From positions 57,722,001 to 57,786,000 of the forward strand of contig OZ024748.1 in assembly GCA_964016885.1 (NCBI GenBank): a stretch of DNA of 64,000 nt, read 5' to 3'. The translations under genes were made by a program, and so were the position numbers. Numbering within the stretch: position 1 is the stretch's first letter; each line of letters starts with the position of its first letter. Below are positions 1 to 15,950 of this stretch, one piece after another. The DNA is from Eledone cirrhosa. Lineage: Eukaryota. The notes beneath the pieces were generated by a model that saw only the letters and a list, made by a program, of their open reading frames with translations, was not told the DNA's origin and ran no database searches.

Positions 1-900
<900 letters not shown>

Positions 901-1920
901 ATAATATAAAGAAATGAAAACTTGCACTTGCATAATCAATTTTGCATAGGGTTTTATTTTCTATTGATTATGTGAATAATCACATTTGCTGGAGATTTTC
1001 CAAAGCACTATGCTATATTTGTGAAATCCTTTTGTGTGTTATATATCATAAAGAACCTCAAGTATTCCGCAAGGCAATAGCGTTCCGAATTGGCGTTACT
1101 ACAATATTTCTATTTCAATATATATCGATCCCTTTTATGACTTGCTGACAGTGTAAAATAAGCTTCGAGGAGAAGGCGTAATAATATCGTATCTAGTCTG
1201 TTATTTCTATAAAGTGTTTTTCAAATCTTGAACCTGGTGCACCGTCGTAACTATCCTATTAGATGCATGAAGTGGCATTCAAATCTCGATCACTATTCAC
1301 ACACATAAATCTATATTTTCCAAATTCCTGATTAATTTCACCAGCTATAGTGACAGATACAGCTCTGTTTCCCATTTAATCTTTACATTCGTTTAAATGG
1401 ATTTAAATACAATTATATGTAATATATTTCGTGATATATATATTGCGACAAAGTTGAGAAATGCAACTAATTAGTTTCTGCATCTGCTAGTGATGTAGGC
1501 AGGCATTAGCCTTTGCCAATCATGACGCTTTTATATCTCACACTTTCTAGTTCATATAAACTAAATTAAAACCGACACTTACATTTGACATTTGCTCTAA
1601 ATAAATTGTGTGGCATTACAATAATAATTATCAAAGACAATGATGCTACTGCAATTCCAGATATATAACATAGTAATTTGATCAGGAATTTTCTGTGCAC
1701 AACAACTTATATTCGTATGGATTGTTTGTTCCCAATTTTCATTTCACATGTTGTCACTGATTAGATGAATCTTCACACTCAAATCATTCATAAATTCCTA
1801 ATCAATTACATATTCCCTTGATTAATAGAATACTTCACCTGTTGAAACATCCATTCAGACATCATGTGAGAGAATCTTCAAGGTATGAAAGGAATATGCG
1901 CCTGACTAAATAATTATAAT

Positions 1921-2108
1921 TGTTTCTACTTTTGGCACAAGGCCAGCAAATACTCAGTGCATTACTGGCACTTTATTTTATCGACCCCGTAAGGATGAAA
2001 GGCAAAGTAAATCTCGGCGGGATTTGAACTCAGAATGGCAAGGACCGTAACTCTATGCGCCAAAGCATGGCGTCCGACCCTCTACCGATACTGCCAATCC
2101 ATCGCCTC
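1921..2108 (-). mobile_element. tRNA-derived SINE, full length, 16-bp TSD
   Basis: B-box GAGTTCAAATCC and core CTTTGCCTTTCATCCTTACGGGGTCGATAAAATAAAG on minus. ACTAAATAATTATAAT is duplicated at 1905-1920 and 2109-2124. Confidence 0.93.
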
Positions 2109-4049
2109 ACTAAATAATTATAATGTTAGCTGGTATTAATCTAGAACTTCTAACTTCTAACTTAACTAATCCAGTATACATTTAGTGAGGCTCTTCACAA
2201 TGAAGACTAAAGGTGTTGGCATTATTTACAATCGTGTTCTAGAATTCGATGTGCATTAATGATAATTATTTCTTTTGAAATACAATTTCTGAAATAAGCG
2301 TGTATATTTTGTTGGAATGATTTGAGGATATATATGTAAATGAAAGTGAATACTGAAATATAATAACAAGTATGAAAAACTATTTGGTAACATGATGTTT
2401 CGTGACACTGCTACGGAAATGGGATACTCTCCTATCAACGTAGCATGTACACATTCCTTGGAACGTCACGCAAAGTAATTATGTATATAATATATGGTTT
2501 ACAGGTGTTAAAAAACCGGGAATAATATAATTGTATTTAATATTTTGGTGTTGTACATGCTGCGTTCTGTTCAACAGGAAACAAATACATCACGCCCTAG
2601 ATGATCTAGAAAGTAATTTTAATGTTAATATTAGGGATCATGTTATTTTCAAATGGTTAAACCCTCCTTTCAATGATGTAATCTCATGAAAGCTTACAAT
2701 CCCGAAGTATATATATATTTAGAAGGTACCTCATGTGAAAAAGTTTGTGTTACATGTTTATATTCCCGGGGAGCATTCTATTAAGTACTAAGAATTAAAC
2801 ATAAATAGCCATGGAGGTAAAGGATTATATGCGTTCAAGTGATCCAGTCATCTATAAGCCAATATAATGTATCTGGCACTAACATAAACAAGCTTTCTCT
2901 TATTTCCAAGATTACATCCTATCATTTAAGGATTATCTTTGCTGAACCTTTCTTTAGATTAAACGACCACAAACATACTGCTTCATTTTCGTGAATCACA
3001 TTTAATTATATATTTGGATGACTTTCAAAGTATGTTTGCTATATTTGTGACTGAAACAGAAACTTTTTATTTCCTTTAAGTGTCGAATAATCCTGATTTT
3101 AATGAATGAATTACTACAGATCAAAATAGTGCAGTTTGAAACATTTCGGTATGTTTAATTTCCAATGGAAGCAAATTTAATTGATTAATGAATTTTCTTT
3201 TACTATGCACAGAAACATGCATAAACTAAGTGATACCGTTAGATAGCATTGAATTAGTGGAACTTGGGAAGTGTTATCAAATCGAATCTTTTATAAATTT
3301 GGCGTTTTCTCGAACGTCGTATAAACTTCAATGTTTGTAGTTCAACTTTCCGATTTTCTCTATACAATTACATAATGAATTTCTAAGTGCATTCATACTA
3401 GTTATTTGATGTACATGTGTGAAATGGTATATGCACCTACATATATGTGCATAATTTCTAAAGAACTGACATAAAAATTCGAAGTATCTTCACTGGATAT
3501 CAATAATGTTTTATACGGATTAAACGGAGTATGTAGAACTAATACACACACACATGCACACAGGCACATGTACATATACACACACACGAACACCCAAACA
3601 TACACACACCCAAACACACACGCATACACACACACACACACATACACACACACACACATATATATATATTTATAAATATATTCACACACACATATTGGTC
3701 TCTGTTTCAGTCAGCTGCATTTGTTTTTGTTTTTTTCATAAATACCCTATATTTGTGAAAAGTCAGAAATAGCTTAACACGAATATAGATAGCAGGCGCC
3801 ATGCTATATATATCGTACTGTAACTGGTGAGATGTAGAAATGATGTTATCTTCAGATCGGTGAATTGCCTGGATGATTTACACAGAATGCTGTTCGACAA
3901 CAGCGATCTTTCCATTCGTTTACTTTTGTTGATATCATACTATCTGCTAGCAGAAATTCCTGGTAGGACGTATGTAAATGTAATCTTTGGAGGCGAGATC
4001 AGTGCCACCAATTGTATTAAGATTTCTCCCAATCCACCTCCACTGGAAC

Positions 4050-4175
4050 TATACATTATTATTGACTGTGAATGGATGAAAGTCAAATTTGAAGTCGGTA
4101 GAATTTGAACTCAGCAATCAGTGAGCCGGAGAAATGCTCTAACCATTTAATCTGACACCTAAAATACTCTGCTGA
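4050..4175 (-). mobile_element. Degenerate SINE of the same family
   Basis: GGATGAAAGTCAAA...GAATTTGAACTCAG resembles 1993-2033. Confidence 0.65.
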
Positions 4176-4745
4176 TTATAAGATATAAAAGAGAATATAT
4201 TCAATAATATATGAATATGGTTTGGTGTTATAAAATTCTCGGCACTTGCGGCTTTTCTTTTGTATGTAAAATGATCAAAAATATACTTGATAAAAGAATT
4301 ATTTCATGGATTCAATAGAACTATCTGTTTACAAAATTAGTTTAGCACACAACAAAAATATTAAACTTGATTCTGTGTCTTTTGCATTTAATATTATATG
4401 TAACAAGAGCATTTATAAAATAACGAAACAACACCGATCGACAAAGTCAGTATCCTGTACATATCGATTATGAAACTAATATAATGTACTGAGTGGAACA
4501 TATGTTATTCATTATGCTATCGATCATTTCAATAGTGTGTTCATTTATCTACTTCACTTTTTTTTGTGGCAACCGATAAATATTGATTTTTATTATTCTA
4601 CACACTACACAATACTTATCTGGTTTCCGAAAGTTTTGTTACCTAACGTTTTTTTTCAATATTATATTTCCAATTCATTATATATATATGCATATGTATG
4701 TTTCTCTGTGTGTGTGTATATATGTATGTATATTTACGCATGTCT

Positions 4746-4786
<41 letters not shown>

Positions 4787-4814
4787 CATATACATATATA
4801 TATTTATTAAAATA

Positions 4815-4890
4815 ACAGATTAAAGTTTAAGCAAAGAATCGCTGCTTTCACCCTTAACGGGATCTTCTGAAACCAACAAAGTCAATCTGT
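4815..4890 (-). ncRNA. Type I hammerhead-like fold with U4A core (family 1)
   Basis: ACAGATTGA..GTTT-CAGAAGA-TCCC gttaa GGGT-GAA-AGCA..TGCT-T-AAAC..TTAATCTGT: stems I (with extension), II and III are all present. Confidence 0.7.
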
Positions 4891-4980
4891 AAACGCAGAA
4901 GTGTATATTTCAAAAAACGTTGCAACCGGAGGAAGACAGGAAGACGATACTTTGGTTCGTGGAAACGTTCCCTGGCAAAG

Positions 4981-5223
4981 AACGGGAAAAAACGAATATA
5001 ATACGTCATTAATTAGAGCGGTGAAAAACAATTACACGCAAAGACAGGACCACGTTTAAGGTATACGAGAAGTCGTAGACTAATGTTCTCTTAGGTGGTT
5101 CATAGAGACGTTCTCTAGCAATGAACGGAAAAAACGAAGATAACACGTCATATGTGGAGCGTGGAGAACAATTGCACGCAAAGACAAAACCACGTAAATG
5201 GTATAGCTGAAGTCGTAGACTAA
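4981..5223. repeat. Two diverged tandem copies of a ~140-bp unit in the PLE 3' UTR
   Basis: AACGG(G)AAAAAACGAA...CACGCAAAGACA...AAGTCGTAGACTAA at 4981-5083 and 5124-5223. Confidence 0.85.
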
Positions 5224-5849
5224 GATTCTAACTAGGAAACCGAATGATTCTCCGCTTCAGAGTTAAGAATAAAGTAAATCAAATACAGAGGTAATTGAAA
5301 TAAATACATACAGGCATCCAAATACGTACATACACAAGAATACGCGAAAACACTCGCCATATGTATAGAAAACCACGCACATATAATATGTGTGTGTGTG
5401 TGTATGCGTGTATACAAATAAATAAATAATTATATAAACTTATATAAATCAATAAATACGTATATAACAAGCGCACACACATACCTACATGTAAATACAC
5501 GAATGTTCGGAGACGTAAGTCAAGCAAAACATGAAGTACACATATACACATACCCTACATACGTACGCACCTACATACTCACACAGACGCAACACTTCCG
5601 TATACACATAGCCAAACCATATGTACCAGAAAATATAAAACAATCAAATATACGTACGAAAAGGTATACGTACCTTCACAAAACATACGGGTAATATATA
5701 CTTACCTATGCAAATAAGTAATGGTATAAACAAAACACATACTTAGCTCCCACATCAAGACGTAAAATATCCACGTATAGATCGTATTATCCGTTAGGGT
5801 ATAACGTGGGGCTGTAATACAGGAAAGTTTTGTGCAAGTTATGTTTACA

Positions 5850-6949
5850 AGCCGAAATTGCCTCAGATTTTTGTTTAAGATGTGGTCTGTGGCGTAGAGT
5901 ATTTCCAGGGTCTCAGCGGCGCAGATGTCACATGGTCTTTTATTTCCGTTATACGATTTAGCCCTAGCTAGGATCTCCCAGGGCAACTTATATTAGGTGT
6001 GGTTGTCTTTTAGACTCCAGATATAAGCTGAAAGTGACGTCATATTCCTTCTTAGAGGGTAACGAAAAGAATGGGTATGCATGTAAAGACGCTTCTTGAA
6101 TCTATTGGCGGTAAACCCTATGTAGGCCCTACGGGACGTGGGTGTTTCAACCTTACATTTGTAGACAATGTTACTAGAGAAGCATTTCCCGGTTAGAGGG
6201 CAATCAACCCGATTCCTACAATTACAGTTAGTACTAATTACAGGGCTGCGCGTGTTCCTACGGCTAGGTAGTTTAGCTAAATTTGAAGCTGTGATGTTAT
6301 GTGCAAGATTAGGAGTCGTAGAGTAAGACATTTTAATAGTATTTCTATTAAAGATTTTACTATATTTATGTGTAGGGGGAAAATGCTTCGTAATAAGGGA
6401 TAGAAAGATCTTAGCTAATGGTGTGGCCACCTCCATATTATATGGTGGGTTATACCATATAATGCGTCGGGATCTATTTCTTCTAGGTCTATTCTCGTAC
6501 TCTGTATATGTTACCTTATCGACAAATCCACTCCGAGCAAGAGCTTCATAGTAATATGTGGAATGGTCGTTGAAAATATGCTCGTTAGTAGATAGACGGG
6601 AAAGCCTCAACGAAACGTTTCTTACCAGGTTCTTGGTTATGCTGGCAGGATGGTTGGAATGCTTACTTATGTAATTAAGCGTATAAATCGGCTTTCTATA
6701 CGGGTAATACAAGCCATTCGATAAATTGAGGGTAACGTCGAGGTAATTAACGACCAAGAGGTTGGCCTCAACCTGTATAGAAAGGTTGAAGCCTTTAAAG
6801 AAGGCTGTGAGTTCTTTTCTGAATCTGTCGCAAGCACGAGGGCCGCACTTAGTCATGGTCAAAAGACCATCATCACGGTCAAAAACCGCCCGCGTTGGGG
6901 AATTCGTCCTTGATAGAGAAAAGAAGGAAAAGGCCGATAAGATCAGTAA
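5850..6949 (-). pseudogene. PLE reverse transcriptase (C-terminal part) + GIY-YIG endonuclease, disrupted
   Basis: TDLIGLF, RDDGLL, YLDVTLNL, WYNPP, CNCRNRVDCPLTGKC, IVYKC..AYIG..FKKR. Stop/frameshift at ~5993 then WEILARAKSY..CDIC..E. Clearly paralogous to 37926-39720. Confidence 0.92.
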
Positions 6950-7559
6950 TACGGTTCTTATATATTTGATATATATTTATCCTTATCGAGACCTCTTTGG
7001 ATTTTAGTCTTCAAATTTATTATTATTACTATATATATATATGTGTGTGTGTTTATATATGCGTGGATATGGGGCATTTTCGTATAATGCATACAGAATA
7101 TGTGTATACATTCGTTGCCAATATTTCGAAACAAATTAACAATTTATGATCAAAATTAAAGTCACATCTTATGAATTGAACATGGAATTTATTATTGAAC
7201 ATAAAGCAGGAATTATATTAAAGACATGTTCTCAGACACGAACTTGCGTGCACAATAATATTGTGCATGTCGGAGTTTACATGACCGTTTGAATACAACG
7301 TGGTTATTGTATTTAGTTGTAAGCTGATTTATTTTATGAATGATAAGGCAACTAGGGCTACCGTTTTGCAGCTACCTATAGATATATGTTTAAACCTAAC
7401 ACGAAATGTAAAAAAGTTAGTTAAAATGAATATACTGATTGCAGTTTAGTTTGATTTAATGTTTGAAACACTTAATTGAAAGATAAGGGACATAAGGATG
7501 TTTTACTATATCATTGATATATTAGCTAAGTCTAAGGTCTGTCTCGAGCTTAGAGGACC

Positions 7560-7812
7560 ATCAAGATGGTGCTTATGCCGGATTTCCTGGCGTTTAGCGA
7601 CGGTGAGTACAAGATTCCCCCCTGGACAGAACCACAATCAATTGCAGATGTAATCTTCAACTCATGCTGCTGCTCATTTTTGACAGAGTATACTGGAACA
7701 ACGTAAAATGAAGTGTTTTGCTTAAAAGCCTAACACTCAACTCAGTCCAGGAATCGAACCCACAGCATGATGATCGTAAGTCCAACAAAATTATCACTAG
7801 GCCACGTATCTC
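7560..7812 (-). mobile_element. Second tRNA-derived SINE family (CORE-like)
   Basis: B-box GGTTCGATTCC on minus and core AAAACACTTCATTT; related to 60484-60760. Confidence 0.7.
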
Positions 7813-8353
7813 CACTAATTTCTTAAGTAGTAAACCAATAAGTCTTATCTGAATTTATGATATAGATATAATATATTTTACATGGAGTACAAAGATTACA
7901 AGTATGAAATATTTGCTATGAGATTCTTTGGTGGTTGTTTGAAAATAATCTATTTATGCTGCATATTAAAATAACTTGAGTAAATCTCCCTCTAGCAATT
8001 TACAAACTAATCAATAAGCGAATTTTAAGCAATCATCAGCATATAGCAAACACATTGGTATGATCTAAATATATTGGATTGAGACTGAAAGAGAGGAAAT
8101 ATTTTCATATAAAATGTTTAAGGAAACACAATTTGTGAAAACTAAAATATATTGTCATTGCAGGTTTCTTACCAAATCAATCTCTAAATATGAAATATAT
8201 TTTGTTTCAGGTTATTAATCATACAGACTATTTTGGTATGAATATGTAATGTCGTATTTGATAACTATAGGTAAACAAATACTTGAGTAACAATGTTATA
8301 GAAACCCCAGAATTTTAAATTGATCCGTATCTTTTATTACACTGATGTGATGA

Positions 8354-8385
<32 letters not shown>

Positions 8386-8470
8386 TCATCACATCAACTC
8401 AACTATTTTCTTTACCTATAGTTATCAAATACGACATTACATATTCACACCATATATACATATATATATA

Positions 8471-8950
8471 TAATTTGACATTTTGGAATATTAACAATAA
8501 CACTCGATTCGTTTGCAATTTTGAAAACAAGCCTCAATTTTATAACCATGCCAGTAGAATGGACGGCCATTTATCGCTCGTATACAGGAAACTCACTGAC
8601 CAATCTGCTGAAATGCAAATCTGGCTGATCAGTGGATCTGCTAATATGCAGAAATGGCTGATCAGCCAGTCTGCTAATATGCAAATCAGACCGATCAGTC
8701 ACTGTGTATTTTTGAAAATAGCACATATTTTCACTAGCTCTGACAGTTTGGCAGGCGAACAGTGAGCTGTACTGATGAAGAGTGATGCCCAGAAACATTA
8801 TTGTCTGCAGTTCTGTTCGCATGGAAACACAAGAGCATGGCTATAACATTGAGGCTTGTTTGCAAAATTGCAAACGGATCGAGTGTTATTATTAATATTC
8901 GAAAAACTCAGATTACATTTATTCAGCCATGTAGAGCGAAATTTTCTTAT
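8471..8950 (+). mobile_element. Asymmetric palindromic stub in (TA)n with hammerhead (family 7)
   Basis: Inverted arms ~8471-8551 / 8835-8914, extra tail to ~8950, internal ~32-bp tandem repeat x3 at 8600-8698, TA on both sides. Confidence 0.75.
8755..8820 (+). ncRNA. Type I hammerhead ribozyme, canonical core, eroded stem II
   Basis: GCGAACAG.GAGCTGTA-CTGATGA-agagtgatgccca-GAA-ACA ttat TGT-C-TGCAGTTCTGTTCGC; GUC cleavage triplet. Confidence 0.8.
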
Positions 8951-8967
8951 ATATATATATTTATATA

Positions 8968-9207
8968 TAGGCTTAAAAATGGAATGTGAATAAGAAGAAA
9001 GCAAGAAAGTGGAGGGGGTTCCTCATCAGTTGTCTACTGGGGGTATCGGATGGGGTAGATAGATTGTCTTTAGCGTTGAAATATCCGAGAACGCCAGTAT
9101 ACAACTGATGAAGAAAACTCCCCCCAACCGTGCTTGCTTTCTTCTTATTCTCATTCCATTTCTAAGCCAATCTTAACTAGCAACTACACAACCAATCCGA
9201 TTCTCCA

Positions 9208-9214
<7 letters not shown>
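8968..9214. mobile_element. Diverged asymmetric palindromic stub in (TA)n (family 6)
   Basis: Arms 8970-9040 / 9094-9168, ~45-nt tail on the right arm, CTGATGA in both arms. Confidence 0.7.
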
Positions 9215-9268
<54 letters not shown>

Positions 9269-9269
<1 letters not shown>

Positions 9270-9437
9270 GTAATAATAATAAATTTGAAGACTAAAATCC
9301 AAAGAGGGCTCGACAAATATAAATATATATCAAATATATAAGAACTCTAGAGCAAATCTTTATTAAAATAACAGATTAAAGTTTTAGCAAATAATCGCTG
9401 CTTTCACCCTTAACGTAAGGGTGAAAGCAGCGATTAT
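9269..9437 (-). mobile_element. PLE family 1 3'-end stub with fold-back
   Basis: Matches 4805-4859 and the reverse complement of 6950-7031; perfect 22-bp palindrome 9391-9412 / 9416-9437. Confidence 0.92.
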
Positions 9438-9457
9438 ATATATATATATATATTTAT

Positions 9458-9832
9458 ATAGGAACGAGTAGGACCCCGACGGCTGGGCTCAAGCCGTTTC
9501 GACGGCTAATTCTGGACTAAATGAACATTTTTATCCTGGCAGGCTCAGCTACGCCTTCCCTCCACAAATTGCCATGATAGAATTATGTGTCTCAACAACA
9601 AACTTTTGACCAATCTTTGTGACAATCACTTTTACCATATATGGAATTACCCCCTGAGAAGCTCGGCTATTCATATACCAGGACAACATTTTCATTTAGT
9701 CCAGAATTAGCCGTCGAAACGGCTTGAGCTCAGCCGTCGGGGTCCTACTCGTTCCTATTATCCACTCTACTAAGTATTGAGTACTTTGGTGCGTTATGGT
9801 CCACCTGGTTCCTTACCACATTTCCTTCGTTA
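9458..9832 (+). mobile_element. PLE family 2 3'-end stub with inverted short arm
   Basis: Homologous to 36643-36920 / 40165-40365. Short arm 9458-9539 joins the long arm at a CTGG microhomology. Hammerhead at 9649-9743 has a C3/A8 mismatch. Confidence 0.93.
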
Positions 9833-9894
9833 TATATATATACATATATATATATGTGTGTGCGTGTGTGTATGTATATATATGTATGTGTATG

Positions 9895-9927
<33 letters not shown>

Positions 9928-10096
9928 GTATATATATGTATATATACATATATATATATATGTATATATACATATATATATATGTATATATACATATATA
10001 TATATATGTATATATACATATATATATATGTATATATACATATATATATATGTATATATATATGTATATATATGTATATATAAATATATATGTATG

Positions 10097-10128
<32 letters not shown>

Positions 10129-10256
10129 CATATATATGTATATATACATATATATGTATATATACATATATATACATATATATACATATATATTTATATA
10201 TATATAACTTTGAAATGTTATATATACATATATATTTATATATATATACATACATA
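9833..10256. repeat. (TA)n/TATG/TACA tract containing a 15-nt CR1 3' terminus at 10205-10219
   Basis: TAACTTTGAAATGTT is identical to the LINE 3' end at 28755-28769. Confidence 0.85.
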
Positions 10257-10846
10257 TGGTGGCTGCCAACTCGTTTTCGAGTACGGCCACTACTTTACAT
10301 CCATGTAGGATAACCCCTACCGAAGCGCTGAACGAGTGTGACTTTTTAGTCCAGCCAGCGACTTGAAACCTCTGGTACAAACACTACACCTGTGACAATC
10401 ATTGACACATAGTGCTAGGCCCATGGTAGGACAATCATTGACACATAGTGCTGGGCCCATGTGAGGACAAGTGCAGAGAGATCTCCAGATATAAAGCAAT
10501 GCCTGTGCCGTGAAGCTTTTATAGTGAGCAAAGGCACTGCACAAAGCCAGTCCCACTCTCTTAACCAAGATGCTATTTACCAAAAAGAAGAACAAGTCAA
10601 CATCATTGGATACCATCAGGGTTGCAGGTGTTATATCAGAGTTTTCCTTCTCCTAGAATTCTGCCTTGACTAAGGCTAAAGGGGTCATCTCTCCCGGTGA
10701 TTTGGATGGCCATTGACTCTTAAGAGCTCCTTTGCCCTTTGACAGGTTTTGTTTTTAGTCCTGCAGGATGTCCAAAGTCACCCTCCTCACCAAGAAACCT
10801 TGGTGGGGTTGCCAGTTTAGTCGCCAACGACCCGACCATGAGACCA
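10257..10846 (-). mobile_element. Internally deleted RTE-like LINE derivative (5' part, endonuclease remnant, C-terminal C2H2-like finger)
   Basis: Minus ORF ends [20 protein letters not shown]; FFW...ESGTGF remnant; 3' hairpin ACTCG-aaaa-CGAGT; 36-bp tandem duplication at ~10395-10462. Confidence 0.65.
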
Positions 10847-14020
<3,174 letters not shown>

Positions 14021-14139
14021 AATGTGTGTGTGTGTGTACAAATATTTCGTATCTCCAAAGAAATACGGTTTAGGAAGCGGCAGCTATGCACCGGGGGGAG
14101 GGGACTAAAGTCCTCTCGTAATGTCCAGCAAGGGGGACA

Positions 14140-14183
14140 ACCGTCAATGAATTTCAGGCTTAACTTGCCTTCGTCAGTACGGT
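14140..14183 (-). ncRNA. Minimal type I hammerhead-like motif
   Basis: ACCGTA-CTGACGA-AGGC aagttaa GCCT-GAAATTCATT-GACGGT: canonical core, perfect stem II, very short stem III, one mismatch at the base of stem I. Confidence 0.65.
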
Positions 14184-14477
14184 CTCTCCACCGCTTGCGA
14201 CTGCTGGACTAGAAGACAGGCGAGAATATATAGTTTTCTCGTCTGTATAAAAGAGGTGATTAATCTCATTTGCATATGAAGCTGCATAAGTTGGCTCAAC
14301 CTATAATAGAAAAGAATAGGATTTCGCTTTTGATTTTGTTTTGATTGTGGAGCTCAATCTTCGGAGGTAACCCGTATGTCGTGTATTATTCCTGTATTAT
14401 ATGCAGATATTATTATTTATGAATGTAAATATATATATATATATATTTGTTTATATACATATTTATATATATGTATG

Positions 14478-14564
<87 letters not shown>

Positions 14565-15619
14565 ATATGCTTATATATGTTATATATATTTCTAACCAGT
14601 GGGACATGAATGAATGTATTGCAAAAAAATATATCACTTTCTGTGGTTTTCTGTGCAATATCTTTTACTTATTGAATATCATTTTAGAAGTATATTTTAA
14701 CATATATTGTTCCAACATTAAATATATTCTCTTTGAAAGTGCACTTATATGCATTGATGTCAATTGCAGGATGATTTTCTAAATAAGAGAGGAAGTAAGA
14801 AAACTGTTATAGAATAATAAATAATAAATATTTATCTACTGTTTTACAGCTATTATATCTATAATAAATCAAATTATCGATGTATGAATTTTGTTTATTC
14901 AAATGTCACATGTTAAGTACATTTTTGGTTGAAAAAATAACTTAAGCAGGCAACAACTAGTTGTTATTCATATTCGAGTTTTGTTTTCGTGTAATAAGTA
15001 AGAACATTTACGTCTCTTCGTTTTTATCGCAACTATCCATTAGATCATAATCAGGAAGACTATTATTTTCATTGTCCATTATAATTTCCATTTCCTATTT
15101 TAATGTATTTATTTTTTCCTTTTACTGTTAAATGTATTTTGTTCAATCGAAAAGTTAGTTTTAAAATACATAGCTTAGTCTCTTTATTTTGATGAGAAAA
15201 CCACTCTTTTGCAGTTCAATTTCCGAAACGACCTTTGCCTCTTGGTCAGAATGCAAATAACGTGGTTTACGAAAAATCCCAATATATAATAGAAAGTTAT
15301 CACAGCAACATCAACCTAAATTTGATTTGGGGAGATGTGTAACGATTCTTCAGCTTTAGATTTATATACGTTGAAAATGTTTAAGTAAAATGTGTATCAA
15401 CATACTATAGTATGGTAAAATGTCTTACAACCAGATGTTAGTCTTCTAGTAACAAAGTATGGACATCACATCGCCTTAGAATAATTTATTGAGAGCGCGT
15501 TGTATTTAGGAATTCTAGAAATGCGTTTATTTATTTGTTGTATAAAAATAAATTGGTTAAACATACAATGAAAGAAAGCAGTATAGGAAAGTACTATAAA
15601 TGCCATAAATGAGAGGAAA

Positions 15620-15950
15620 TTTAGGGGCTGAGCCCCGCAGAAAATGGCAGAGGAATCTCCGCAGTCAATGGCCAACGATACCTCCAGCAACAGTTACACC
15701 ACCTCACGGGACTCCTTTCTAAGATGGGCTGCTATAGGTCCGATTTTACGGAGGAGGTCAGCTTACAAGGGTCCAAAGACACCTAAGGTCTCTGCGACGA
15801 CCGGTGTAAAGAGGAAGCGTCAAGAAAAGACCTGGTATTTGCTTGGCTTCCTGTCCTCTGCATTGTGAGCCGCGATACCGTGGTTTGTAGCTGAGGCGAC
15901 TACGTTGGAGGCCCAGAACGTTTCGTAGCATATCGTGTCGTAGTCTTTTT
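15620..15950 (-). mobile_element. C-terminal fragment of a restriction-like-endonuclease non-LTR retrotransposon (CRE-like), decayed
   Basis: Minus translation GIAAHNAEDRK.SKY...FLFTPVVAETLGVFGP...VSLAIDCGDSSAI matches the K..KY/ETLG/SIAIQRGN signature. Confidence 0.75.

Larger units (their letters stand above)
4801..7031 (-). mobile_element. Penelope-like retroelement, family 1; 5'-truncated with inverted 3' tail at 6950-7031
   Basis: RT C-terminus plus GIY-YIG ORF, hammerhead-like motif at the 3' end, TA on both sides. 6950-7031 is the reverse complement of the tail in the stubs at 9269 and 24083. Confidence 0.92.

Noticed and set aside
1921-2108. tRNA genes in SINE heads
   Set aside because: No cloverleaf; A/B boxes continue into SINE body with TSDs.
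9020-9130. Functional hammerhead in family 6
   Set aside because: CTGATGA is present in both arms but no properly placed GAAA or stem III; at most a remnant.
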